A program made the translations under genes and the position numbers. The notes below the pieces were generated by a model. That model ran no database searches. It worked only from the letters and a program-made list of their open reading frames with translations, and had not been told where the DNA came from. Shown one piece after another: positions 17,366 through 26,062 of a stretch of 64,000 nt of DNA. Source of the stretch: a virus (lineage: Duplodnaviria > Caudoviricetes); IMG/VR virus record IMGVR_UViG_2786546892_000017; one strand, given 5' to 3'. Position 1 is the stretch's first letter. Each line of letters opens with the position of its first letter.

Positions 17366-17391
17366 ATTGTATCTGGTGGCGTTGCCTGAGT
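17366..17391 (-). promoter_or_regulatory. class I promoter
   Basis: ACTCAGGCAACG-N8-TACAAT. Confidence 0.8.
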
Positions 17392-17437
17392 GGATCAACC
17401 GCTGATCGTCCGGAGGAGGAATTCCCGGGCCACTCTG

Positions 17438-19594
17438 TCACCGCCGCCCCACGATGTGCCTATCAAGCATTTCCCGGGCAGCCACCCCCACAGCACCACC
17501 CGTCGCTGCGGAGACGACGCCACTGACGACCGAGCCGCCTGTACCGCCGATCGCACGGCCCAACGCCGTGGCCAAGGGCTCGATGTATTTGCCTTCGACA
17601 AAATAGTCTCGTAATTCTTTGATCCGTACACCTATTTCCGCGGTGGTGGAAGCTATCTTGACCTCCGGCTTCTCGCCGCCAGCTTGTCCAATCCCGAAAC
17701 TTGACTCTCTGGCCTTGCGAATAACGTCATCGACAGATCCCGTCGAAACATTCCGAACGCCCTTACCCTCACTCGCCCCCTTCGTGTCGGGCGTTTCAAC
17801 ACTCTTGATGCCGAAGAATGCGTTCACGGAGTCGACAAGGTACTTGATGCCGTCTGCCACGGCTTTCACGAATCGCGCGAACGTCGAGGCGGCGCCCAGG
17901 ACGATGTTCTTCAGCAGGTTGAAGGTCGGGGCGAGTGCGTCCCCGATCGAGCTGACCAGCGGGCCGACGGAGTTGGCCAAGGCGCTGAGCGTGTCGCCGA
18001 TCGAGTCGAATGCGTCTCCCAAGGCGACCACCGATGGCTTGATCACGGCAATGATGCCGTCGAACACGCCCTTGACTATGCCGACGATTGACGTAAAGGC
18101 ATTGGCTACGCCGGAAATGATCCGCATCGCGATTCGCAGCGGAGCGGTCAGGGCGTTGACAAAAACCGATTGCATGTACGCGACGACCGGCTGGGCGACC
18201 GACATGATAGTATCGAATGCCGTCTTCATGGGAGACAAGAGGGCGGTGACGACATCCCCGATCGCCGTGACGACTGCCGATAGTACGTCAAAGACCACGG
18301 AAAGAGGGGCGAGGAGCATCGTCACAATTGGGGCCAGTGAAGCCAGAACGGACACAATCGGTTTGATGAGAGAGAGAACCGACAGGCTGAATTTCTGGGC
18401 CGCGACTCCGACCGTGATGAGCGTCGGGAGAATACTGCCGATGGCCGGGGCGATACTCTCGATCACGTTGACGAACAGGCTGATGGCGGTATCCACGTTC
18501 TTCAGGACCGCCCCGGCGCCGGTGGTCGCGATCTGAGTGAGCGTGTCGATGATGGGCGTGATGGCGGTGACGACGCGAGTGAACCCCGCCCCGAGTGCGT
18601 CGAGGACGACTTTCATCACCCCGGACAGTTTGCTGAAGATGGGTTGGAGTTCGGCCAGCGGTTTGGTTGCGGCCGCCATCACTCCCAATCCAACGGCAGC
18701 CCCCGCGATGCCGCCCAACAAAACCGAGAGTCCGCCCGTTGCGGTGCTAACAACTGATGAGAATACGCCAGTTACGGCGACAAGGGCGCCCATCCCCGTG
18801 GCCGCAGCCGCGAGTGCGGCCACCAACGCCTTGCCCTTTGGTGAAAGCGAGGCCAGTGAATCCGCCACGGCGCGCACAAGGGCAGTCGCGGAACCCATCA
18901 CGGGTAGCAACGCCTCGCCTATCGACGCGCGCAGGTCCAGCACAGCGAATTCAAACCCCTTCACGGCGGTCGGCGAAAACGCCGCGACGTAAGACGCGAT
19001 GTTGCTTTGGATGGAGCCAGTTAGCGAGTTGAGCCCGTTCGTGATCCCGCTGAAAAGTTGGGGCGCCCGTCCGAGCCCGGTTGTGAACTTCGAGTATTGG
19101 GTCGATACAACTCCGAGACCTTTTTGGAGCTGCGCCAGGGTGCCGGTTTGGGCTTTCACTTCGGCGTTGGCCTTGGTTCCTCCGGCCGTCAGTTTCTGCG
19201 TGTTGGCGACCAGCATCGCCATTTGTACGTTCGCAGGTTGCAATGCGGCGGCGATCGGCGTGACGTTCGCCAGCAGCTTCGCCACAGGGGGCGGGGACGA
19301 TTGGTTTGCTCCGGACCCAGAGGGAGTCGCACCCGATTGTGTTTGCGACCCGGTGCCCAGGCTCGGCGCCGCCTTGCCGACGTTGGCGAAGAAATTCGAG
19401 ATGGCCGATGTCAATTTGGCCAAAGGGTTCAAATTAGCAGCCGCGGACATGAGTTTGCCTAGCCCGTTGGCGAGCTGGACTATCCGCACATCGAGCGGGG
19501 TGGTGAGTCCCGCTAAAGGGTTCTTTGTCGACGACTGGCTCGGCGCAGGAGACTTCGGCTGGTTCGGTTTCGGTTGGCTTGGCAGCGGGGGCAT
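17438..19594 (-). CDS. tape measure protein
   Basis: 718 aa A/V/L/I-rich amphipathic helical repeats following tail tube and chaperones. Confidence 0.85.
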   Translation of the reverse strand: MPPLPSQPKPNQPKSPAPSQSSTKNPLAGLTTPLDVRIVQLANGLGKLMSAAANLNPLAKLTSAISNFFANVGKAAPSLGTGSQTQSGATPSGSGANQSSPPPVAKLLANVTPIAAALQPANVQMAMLVANTQKLTAGGTKANAEVKAQTGTLAQLQKGLGVVSTQYSKFTTGLGRAPQLFSGITNGLNSLTGSIQSNIASYVAAFSPTAVKGFEFAVLDLRASIGEALLPVMGSATALVRAVADSLASLSPKGKALVAALAAAATGMGALVAVTGVFSSVVSTATGGLSVLLGGIAGAAVGLGVMAAATKPLAELQPIFSKLSGVMKVVLDALGAGFTRVVTAITPIIDTLTQIATTGAGAVLKNVDTAISLFVNVIESIAPAIGSILPTLITVGVAAQKFSLSVLSLIKPIVSVLASLAPIVTMLLAPLSVVFDVLSAVVTAIGDVVTALLSPMKTAFDTIMSVAQPVVAYMQSVFVNALTAPLRIAMRIISGVANAFTSIVGIVKGVFDGIIAVIKPSVVALGDAFDSIGDTLSALANSVGPLVSSIGDALAPTFNLLKNIVLGAASTFARFVKAVADGIKYLVDSVNAFFGIKSVETPDTKGASEGKGVRNVSTGSVDDVIRKARESSFGIGQAGGEKPEVKIASTTAEIGVRIKELRDYFVEGKYIEPLATALGRAIGGTGGSVVSGVVSAATGGAVGVAAREMLDRHIVGRR

Positions 19595-19632
19595 AAACCA
19601 ATCTCCGACACGTTACGCGGTACTACCCGGTG

Positions 19633-19656
19633 AACGTGTCGGAGAAAGGGGAACCG
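19633..19656 (-). promoter_or_regulatory. class II promoter variant (tape measure)
   Basis: CGGTTCCC-N10-CACGTT. Confidence 0.65.
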
Positions 19657-19668
19657 TCTGTATCGCGG

Positions 19669-20241
19669 CTATTCGCTCGCGGGTTCGTCGTAGTTCTTTT
19701 CGGCCGTCTCGATGGCGATGCGAATATCTTCGGGGTCTGCTTTGATGGCGGTGCCCAGTTCGTTGAACAGATGGGGCACGATGGCTTTCATGGCGGAGCG
19801 CAACCCCGGCGGATTGTCGGCCGCCATGCCTACCACGTCTTCGTAGGTCATTTTCGGGTGGTTGGCTTGAAACAGTGACAGGACGTACAGGATGACTCCG
19901 GCCTCGCGATTCTTGCCGTTCCGGTATTCCACCCACAGAGGGCGACCGGGCTTCTGTTCCCCCATCATCATGCGGCGGGAAAGTTGGTCGACCTTCTCGT
20001 CGTATTTAGCCTGGTCGACGAACCCCGCCGCCAATTGGCCTCGGATGGCCCCGATTTCTTGCTTGATGAGCAGATCTTCAAACCGTTTGGAAGCGGCGCC
20101 GCCCGGTTGCCCCATTTGGTAGGTTTCGCCGTTCCACTCGACCGTTGCGAGCGGCGAGACGATTTTTTCGGCGGAACCTGTTAGCGCATGAATCTGGTCG
20201 TCAGCCACAAGATACCCTCGCGTGCTTGCTGTCGGTAACAT
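19669..20241 (-). CDS. tail assembly chaperone (probable GTG start near 20208)
   Basis: position before tape measure; paralogous to N-half of 20267..21094. Confidence 0.6.
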   Translation of the reverse strand: MLPTASTRGYLVADDQIHALTGSAEKIVSPLATVEWNGETYQMGQPGGAASKRFEDLLIKQEIGAIRGQLAAGFVDQAKYDEKVDQLSRRMMMGEQKPGRPLWVEYRNGKNREAGVILYVLSLFQANHPKMTYEDVVGMAADNPPGLRSAMKAIVPHLFNELGTAIKADPEDIRIAIETAEKNYDEPASE

Positions 20242-20245
20242 CTGG

Positions 20246-20269
20246 AAGGTGTCAGTAAACAGGGAACTA
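20246..20269 (-). promoter_or_regulatory. class II promoter
   Basis: TAGTTCCC-N10-CACCTT. Confidence 0.8.
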
Positions 20270-21094
20270 ACTGGTCACAGGAACCGGCCCGTAGGCAGCA
20301 ATCCATTTCTCGGTGTAATCAGCATGACACTTCTCAGCGTCCGCCACCTTCCAGCCATCCTTCATAAGTCCATTGACCATATCCCGCTTGGGAACGTAGG
20401 CTTCGGACTCATCGGGTCGACCAGGTTCCATCAGTGGCGGCAACCCCTTCCGATCTCGCTCAATTTGTTCGGCCCGCTTGCGGTTCGACCGGATGTATTG
20501 ATGTTCGATCTGGTAGTCCGTCAACGTGGCGTATTCGGACGGGTGCCAGGCGTAAGGCTCCAGGCAAAACATTTCGTAGAGATCGAGCGGGTTGAAGCGA
20601 TATGCGCGGGCAACGGCTCCGGGTGGCATCGCGTCTGTTTCGCTACTTTGCTTCGCAACGTCCGAATGAGGGATGAGGCAAGCAATTGCCAGCCGCACGT
20701 CCACCCGACAATCCGCACAGATCTCCACAGCATCAGCGACCGATAAATCCGGATGACGGTCGGTAAGAAGCGACCACACGAACAAAACGTCGCCGACCTG
20801 CGAACAATCCCCGGACGAATATCGTTCCCAAAGCGGACCGCCCGTCCGATGGTCACCAGATTCCACGCGGGCGATACACGCCTCAATCTTTTCGTCGTGT
20901 ATCGCCCGCGAAATCCAGCCGTCCCGAAGCTGTTGTTTAACCAACCGTTTTTCCGCTTCAACAACTGCGATTTCAAATCGTGCTTTTGCCGCTTGGGTCG
21001 GGTGGCCAACGTGGCAGACGACCCCACGCCACTCAATAGTGGGACATGGGCCAGCATTGCCCAAAGACTGGAGGATAGATGGGATACGATTCAT
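20267..21094 (-). CDS. tail assembly chaperone, long (G-T-like) form
   Basis: N-half aligns with 19669..20241; C-half W.P.EYATLTDYQI typical of gpT-like extension. Confidence 0.55.
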   Translation of the reverse strand: MNRIPSILQSLGNAGPCPTIEWRGVVCHVGHPTQAAKARFEIAVVEAEKRLVKQQLRDGWISRAIHDEKIEACIARVESGDHRTGGPLWERYSSGDCSQVGDVLFVWSLLTDRHPDLSVADAVEICADCRVDVRLAIACLIPHSDVAKQSSETDAMPPGAVARAYRFNPLDLYEMFCLEPYAWHPSEYATLTDYQIEHQYIRSNRKRAEQIERDRKGLPPLMEPGRPDESEAYVPKRDMVNGLMKDGWKVADAEKCHADYTEKWIAAYGPVPVTS

Positions 21095-21110
21095 TCGCCA
21101 CCTCGGCTGT

Positions 21111-21599
21111 TCACATGCCGTTGGTCACGTTCGGCAGTGCCCCGGACCCGACCGCCGTGAAGCTGAACGCCCCCGGGTTGCCGGTCGTCCCGTCCACGTC
21201 CTGGCTGCGGTCGGTGATTTTGGCCACGCACCCGTAGCGGCCGAGCGGCGACAGCTTGCTGATGATGAGGTCGAGCACGACGAACGCCCCGTCCGGGAAC
21301 TTACTGTCGGTAGTGCCCGCCGCGTCCGAGTTGTACGTCCCCGACACCTGCACCGACCAACTGGTGATGCCGCCCTGGAGCTGGTACTCGTACACGTTGC
21401 CGTACTCGCCGACCGGGTTCTCGAACCCGATGAACTTGCCACCGTCGGTCTTCGGCGCAACCGACCACTTGTTGATTTCGGCGTTGGGCAATCGGGTGAT
21501 GCTGCTCGGGGTGATGATCGGCAGATCCGTACCCGTTTGATACGCCACCAGCCCGGACGAAAGCCGCCCGCTCGTCCCGGCCCAAATTGTAAATGCCAT
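21111..21599 (-). CDS. major tail (tube) protein
   Basis: 162 aa; INKWSV...GGITSWSVQVSG...FSFTAVGSG. Confidence 0.7.
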   Translation of the reverse strand: MAFTIWAGTSGRLSSGLVAYQTGTDLPIITPSSITRLPNAEINKWSVAPKTDGGKFIGFENPVGEYGNVYEYQLQGGITSWSVQVSGTYNSDAAGTTDSKFPDGAFVVLDLIISKLSPLGRYGCVAKITDRSQDVDGTTGNPGAFSFTAVGSGALPNVTNGM

Positions 21600-21649
21600 G
21601 TCGAATCCTCCCCACCGAAACGATGGGCTTATTTTTCAGGAGGGGATGA

Positions 21650-22165
21650 TTAGTGGACGCCCGCGAACACGACGGTGACGACCGCCGCGTTGGATGAGTC
21701 GTTGTTCGTGATTCGCACGGTGTCCGATGTGCCGCTCGCCACGGTGAACCCGGCCGCACTCCACCCGGAGAGCGGGGGGCCGCCCGAGTTAATGCTCCAG
21801 GTGTTGCCAACGGCCCCGAAGTTCAACGCGATGGGATGGGTGGGGCCGGTGCCGCCGATCGTGATGCTGGACGCCCCGCCGGCCGCGAGGATGATCGTGT
21901 ACCCTTTGACCGTGGACAGCCCGGCGACGGTGGCGCCGAACATGTCCGTCAGCGACCCGCTCAGCGTGATGTCCTGGGTGCCGCTGGCCGCGATCGTGTA
22001 CGTGATCGGGACGATGGTGTTCATCTGCCCGGACGAGGTGCCGAACGCCAGAGTCGAACTGCCCGACTGCGTGTTGGCCGACGTCTGATTCGGGAGAAAC
22101 GCGGTGCCGGCCGCAGTGCCGTTGATGCCGACGCTGCCCGATTGGTTAAATGTCCCGCCGATCAT
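21650..22165 (-). CDS. virion structural protein
   Basis: G/S/T-rich beta protein in tail cluster, class II promoter. Confidence 0.55.
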   Translation of the reverse strand: MIGGTFNQSGSVGINGTAAGTAFLPNQTSANTQSGSSTLAFGTSSGQMNTIVPITYTIAASGTQDITLSGSLTDMFGATVAGLSTVKGYTIILAAGGASSITIGGTGPTHPIALNFGAVGNTWSINSGGPPLSGWSAAGFTVASGTSDTVRITNNDSSNAAVVTVVFAGVH

Positions 22166-22191
22166 TCTTGGGCACCTCTGTGTGTGCCCCG

Positions 22192-22215
22192 AACGTGCCG
22201 CCGAGATGGGAACTA
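22192..22215 (-). promoter_or_regulatory. class II promoter
   Basis: TAGTTCCC-N10-CACGTT. Confidence 0.8.
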
Positions 22216-22692
22216 CGGACCCGTACGAAGTGCCTGCACGGAATAGTCGAGCGTCACCTTGAACACGTACCCAATCGTCTCGGTCCGCGTCGTGTCCGTC
22301 ATTCGCCGCTGCTTCGGTGGGAGAATGGTTTCAATCGTCTGGCCGGTTACGGGGAGGCTGGTACACCAGTCGAACCCTTGGGCCGCGTTGTACGCCCCGG
22401 CCCCGAACCGGATGCCCAAAGCGATGGCATCCGCCGCCGCAAGGCTCAGGGCATAGATTTCGAACGTGAAGTCTGTGGTCTCGATCACCTCGTACTCGAA
22501 GGTCTGGAAGGACGGGGTGGTACCGTTGTCCTTCAGGAGCACGTAGGGCGGCTTGTACGGGTTCCCGCTGCCGTCCTTGGCCGGCACCTCGTCAAAGAGG
22601 ATGGGGACGGGCGGACTCGGCGGTGACGGGGTGGCCACCGGGAGGGACTGGTAGAACTCGACGATGGCGCCGATGATGGAAGTGGATGGCAT
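22213..22692 (-). CDS. tail terminator/completion protein
   Basis: leaderless start MPSTSII; PPYVLL...FTFEIYA.S...A..IA pattern. Confidence 0.65.
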   Translation of the reverse strand: MPSTSIIGAIVEFYQSLPVATPSPPSPPVPILFDEVPAKDGSGNPYKPPYVLLKDNGTTPSFQTFEYEVIETTDFTFEIYALSLAAADAIALGIRFGAGAYNAAQGFDWCTSLPVTGQTIETILPPKQRRMTDTTRTETIGYVFKVTLDYSVQALRTGP

Positions 22693-22699
22693 GCCCCGG

Positions 22700-22723
22700 A
22701 AGGTGACGGGGGGCGGGGAACTA
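22700..22723 (-). promoter_or_regulatory. class II promoter
   Basis: TAGTTCCC-N10-CACCTT-N7-ATG. Confidence 0.8.
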
Positions 22724-22978
22724 GCGGCGGTGGCGACGGGGCTTCTGTGCCCCATGCACCGGCTGACTCCGTCTGTTAACCCCACGGTGCGGACGGTCCA
22801 GCGACACATAAAAGTTCTTCCGGCACACTTCCGCCCAATGTTCGCGGTTGCCACGGCCGGAAGGCGGGATCGGTCCGTCATCGAGATCGGCGTCAGGGTC
22901 GCAGGTGTACGCCTCTTGGCGGTAATCGATGTAGTCTTCCCACTGTGACCAATACCCATAATCGCGGATCATCCCCAT
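22721..22978 (-). CDS. hypothetical protein
   Basis: 85 aa; stop codon is the TAG of a class II box. Confidence 0.45.
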   Translation of the reverse strand: MGMIRDYGYWSQWEDYIDYRQEAYTCDPDADLDDGPIPPSGRGNREHWAEVCRKNFYVSLDRPHRGVNRRSQPVHGAQKPRRHRR

Positions 22979-22981
22979 TCC

Positions 22982-23362
22982 TCAATACACCGTCTGTACC
23001 AGTTTCACCTTCGCATACGGGGCAATATCCGTACTGATCATCGCCCCGTGCAAATCCACCGTCACCACGCGCAAGTACATGTTCTTCGCTTCTACGGGGT
23101 TCCCCCCCTGATTCAGCACGAACAGCCGGTCGCCACGCTGGATGCCCAGATAATTCGTCCACATCACGTGGCTGACCTGCCACCCTTCCGTCGACCCCTC
23201 GACCTGCTGTTCGCTGGTCGACTGCTCGCCGATGTAGCACTTGATCGACGCGATGCGGGTGGTCCACGCGAGTACGTTGCCCCCGTCCGCGTCCTGGGTG
23301 GACGATTCCATTTCGACGCGGGCGCGGTGAACGAGGAGGTCGTCGCCGATGGGGTCTGCCAT
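22982..23362 (-). CDS. head closure/head-tail adaptor protein
   Basis: TQDADGGN..W...IQRGDRL pattern of SPP1 gp16-like proteins. Confidence 0.7.
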   Translation of the reverse strand: MADPIGDDLLVHRARVEMESSTQDADGGNVLAWTTRIASIKCYIGEQSTSEQQVEGSTEGWQVSHVMWTNYLGIQRGDRLFVLNQGGNPVEAKNMYLRVVTVDLHGAMISTDIAPYAKVKLVQTVY

Positions 23363-23369
23363 GACCCGG

Positions 23370-23393
23370 AAAGTGGGGCGGGGGCGGGAACTA
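23370..23393 (-). promoter_or_regulatory. class II promoter
   Basis: TAGTTCCC-N10-CACTTT-N7-ATG. Confidence 0.8.
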
Positions 23394-23635
23394 GACCACT
23401 GGCGACGTCACCCGCGGTTTCGCTGCCACGACTGCTCGCCCGACGATCCCGAATGCTTCGTCAACCGTGTATCCTTTTTGGATGAGAATCTTGACTTGCT
23501 GTAAAGCCGTGTGCGGGCTGCCGATTTCCCACGGTTCGCCCACTTCAGGAATAGCGTACATCGCGGGAATTTCGTTCCCAGACATGGGCAGCCTCACGGG
23601 TATCGGCCCCCAACCTCCGGGAGCCTTACGTGAGC

Positions 23636-23705
23636 ATCCTACCCGCCCCGTTGCCTGAGTCGTAATCCCGGCCGCCGTCACTCAGGCAACGCGCCCAGTT
23701 AGGAT
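23636..23705. promoter_or_regulatory. back-to-back pair of class I promoters
   Basis: - box-N7-TAGGAT (23636..23660) and + box-N8-TAGGAT (23680..23705). Confidence 0.8.
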
Positions 23706-23748
23706 GCTGGTGTTGGCGAAATCACCGACGAAATCAATCGAGGAACAC

Positions 23749-24240
23749 ATGAACGCAGCCGATTTGGAAACTCTGTCGAATGGCCTGTCCGCCCTGAACG
23801 GCGTCATTGTGGGACTGTCCGCCAACGCGACCGATGGAGACGTGATCCGTGAGCGGACTCATGAAACGTGCGAAAAGATGTGCGAGGTACTGAAGAAATA
23901 CAGCCCGGCGTCGGCGGGATGGGTGTGCGAATCGCCCGATAAGGAGCCGGCGACCAAGCCGTCTGCTAATTCACGAACCGTCACGCCCAAGGAAGCCGGA
24001 GAAATCCTGCGAACCGACCGAGACCACCACTTTGCCGGAGCCAGCAGCGACTACGAATCTGAGGCATATCGGCTTGCTGCTGACATGCTCACCGGGAAGT
24101 GGGCGACATGCGACCGTGACCGCGAACCGGTCATCCTTCGTGGTGGCAAGATCATGACCCAAACCAGCCGGATAATCCTCCAGGCGGTTGCGCTGGCCGG
24201 GAAAGGGATAATGCTCCCGGTCGTCACGTTCCCTGCGTAG
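23749..24240 (+). CDS. hypothetical accessory protein
   Basis: GAGGA RBS, ATG 23749, downstream of plus-strand class I promoter. Confidence 0.55.
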   Translation: MNAADLETLSNGLSALNGVIVGLSANATDGDVIRERTHETCEKMCEVLKKYSPASAGWVCESPDKEPATKPSANSRTVTPKEAGEILRTDRDHHFAGASSDYESEAYRLAADMLTGKWATCDRDREPVILRGGKIMTQTSRIILQAVALAGKGIMLPVVTFPA

Positions 24241-24277
24241 CACCCGGCCGAACAAGGGGCCAACGGATTGGCCCCGT

Positions 24278-25195
24278 CTAGCCCATCGCAATCACCCGCC
24301 GCTTCCGCCGAAACAACGCATTCGCCAACTGGTCGGTCAAAAACGGCGTCACCCCCGGCCCATTACTCCCCGTCTGCCGCTGGAACGGCGTAATACTGAA
24401 CGACACGTCCCCCAGGCTCCGGTTCCCCTTGTACCCCAAACCCAGATTCTGTTGAAACTTCCACCGCGCCCCGGCCTCCGCGTACATCGCCTCCACGATG
24501 TCGGGCGGCACGCACGGCCCCACGGTATACGTCACGCGGATGCACCCCCGCGCGGGCTCCAGCGTGTAGGCCAGCCGGTCCGGGGCAACTTGCCACCTGA
24601 AGTCCCAGACGGTCCGAATACGGCGGAGCAGGTTCGGCGGCTGGAAAAAGTAGTCCTGCCCGAGCGTCAGGACGGTAGAGACGCCGCACGGCGAGTCGAT
24701 CGCCACTTGTGGCGCCGCGGCGTAGTTCTCCCCGCCAGCCGTGAGCGTGATGCTCGTGACCACGCCGTTGACGACCGTGGCAGTCGCCGCCGCGTCCGCC
24801 CCGCCCCCGCCGACGAAGATCACATTGGGAATCTGGGTGTACCCACTGCTGCCGCTGACGAGTGTTACGCCCGTGACTACACCGTTGGTGACGGCTGACG
24901 TCGCTGTGGCCGCCGGCAGTCCCTGGAAGCCTTCTGGGGTCGTCCCGGCGTGCCCGTACCAGTCCTGACGCACTTCGAGCACGCTGGATGCGGGTTGCCG
25001 CAGGACGGCCGTATCCGTCCCGTAGCCCGACAGGTATTCCGTCGTGGTGACGGGCGTGGGATCGTACCCGAGATAGTCGACCACCGCAGCCTGCAGGCCA
25101 CGGAGGATCGACACCGCGATTTCGGGCGTGAGACTGGAGTCGAGGGCGACCAGCCGGGCCGGGTCGCACCAGAGGGTCGGGCACGCGGTTGACAT
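24278..25195 (-). CDS. head-tail connector protein with inserted tandem beta-repeat
   Basis: VDYLGY...IRVTYTVG..VPPDI..SLGDVSFS connector motifs; insert of two ATAT.V.NGVVT..TL..G.GY...P.V repeats. Confidence 0.7.
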   Translation of the reverse strand: MSTACPTLWCDPARLVALDSSLTPEIAVSILRGLQAAVVDYLGYDPTPVTTTEYLSGYGTDTAVLRQPASSVLEVRQDWYGHAGTTPEGFQGLPAATATSAVTNGVVTGVTLVSGSSGYTQIPNVIFVGGGGADAAATATVVNGVVTSITLTAGGENYAAAPQVAIDSPCGVSTVLTLGQDYFFQPPNLLRRIRTVWDFRWQVAPDRLAYTLEPARGCIRVTYTVGPCVPPDIVEAMYAEAGARWKFQQNLGLGYKGNRSLGDVSFSITPFQRQTGSNGPGVTPFLTDQLANALFRRKRRVIAMG

Positions 25196-25201
25196 GCTCG
25201 G

Positions 25202-25225
25202 AAAGTGTGACGGAGTAGGGAACTA
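25202..25225 (-). promoter_or_regulatory. class II promoter
   Basis: TAGTTCCC-N10-CACTTT-N6-ATG. Confidence 0.8.
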
Positions 25226-25234
25226 GCGACCACC

Positions 25235-25348
25235 CTACCGGAACCATGCCCCCTCCGAATTAAGTGCCCACCGGAGGAACAGAAGCATGCCAACACAGCC
25301 GACGACGGCGCCGCTAAGACTTGCCCCGATCAGATACACCCAATCCAT
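25235..25348 (-). CDS. 37-aa hydrophobic peptide
   Basis: AAGGAG RBS; MDWVYLIGASLSGAVVGCVGMLLFLRWALNSEGAWFR. Confidence 0.55.
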   Translation of the reverse strand: MDWVYLIGASLSGAVVGCVGMLLFLRWALNSEGAWFR

Positions 25349-25467
25349 GATTCTCCTTCACATAAATAAGGTCTGTTCAGGCCGGCGTTCGGCTTACGGT
25401 GCAGAACAGCATACACCTAGGACTTCCGCCCCTTCGGACGGGACGGGCGGCGGTGGGAAAACCGGAA

Positions 25468-25510
25468 ACACCTGCCGGCTCACCTTAATGAGAACCCGGC
25501 AGGTGTTGTT
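25468..25510. terminator. stem-loop, probable terminator
   Basis: AACACCTGCCGG ... CCGGCAGGTGTT inverted repeat. Confidence 0.55.
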
Positions 25511-25515
25511 TCGCG

Positions 25516-25893
25516 TCAGTCTGATCCGTCGCCCCTAGCGTAAAAATACTGCACGCCCCGCACATTCACCCGCGGGATACAAAGCGTACACCGCAGGTTG
25601 TCGGTGGTCAGGCTCCGGTCCAGGGCGATCGTGATCGCTTCGGCCGTGTCGCGGACCACGAATCCGCACGATTCCATTTCGCTCATGCCGGCCGCCTCAT
25701 CGGGGGTCGCGGGCCAGCCGGTCGTGATCTTGGAGTCGAACCAGCGGACGAAGGCGATCTGCTTGGGGGCGGGCGGTTCTTCGTTCACTGGAACCAACCC
25801 CCTCCTATCGGAAACCACAGGTCCACCACCTTCGTCACCATCTCCCCCGCCACCCCACTCCGCACTACCTCCGTCCCCGCGCCCCGCTTGCAC
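25516..25893 (-). CDS. small phage protein (true start probably near 25788)
   Basis: VRWFDS...ESCGFVV...ITIA...IP motif. Confidence 0.55.
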   Translation of the reverse strand: MQAGRGDGGSAEWGGGGDGDEGGGPVVSDRRGLVPVNEEPPAPKQIAFVRWFDSKITTGWPATPDEAAGMSEMESCGFVVRDTAEAITIALDRSLTTDNLRCTLCIPRVNVRGVQYFYARGDGSD

Positions 25894-26030
25894 GTCAGGA
25901 CGATCTCGCCATACGCCCCGGCCACCGATTCCACCTTGGCGAACTGGCCGTCGATGCGAACGATGTCCCCGACGACGATCGTTTCGAGTAGGACGCGGGC
26001 GGTGGTGTGGGAGGAGTCGGAAGGGGTCAT
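25785..26030 (-). CDS. hypothetical protein
   Basis: ATG 6 nt after class I -10 (leaderless). Confidence 0.55.
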   Translation of the reverse strand: MTPSDSSHTTARVLLETIVVGDIVRIDGQFAKVESVAGAYGEIVLTCKRGAGTEVVRSGVAGEMVTKVVDLWFPIGGGWFQ

Positions 26031-26036
26031 GGGAGG

Positions 26037-26062
26037 ATCATAGCGGGGTGCGTTGCCTGAGT
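26037..26062 (-). promoter_or_regulatory. class I promoter
   Basis: ACTCAGGCAACG-N8-TATGAT. Confidence 0.8.
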
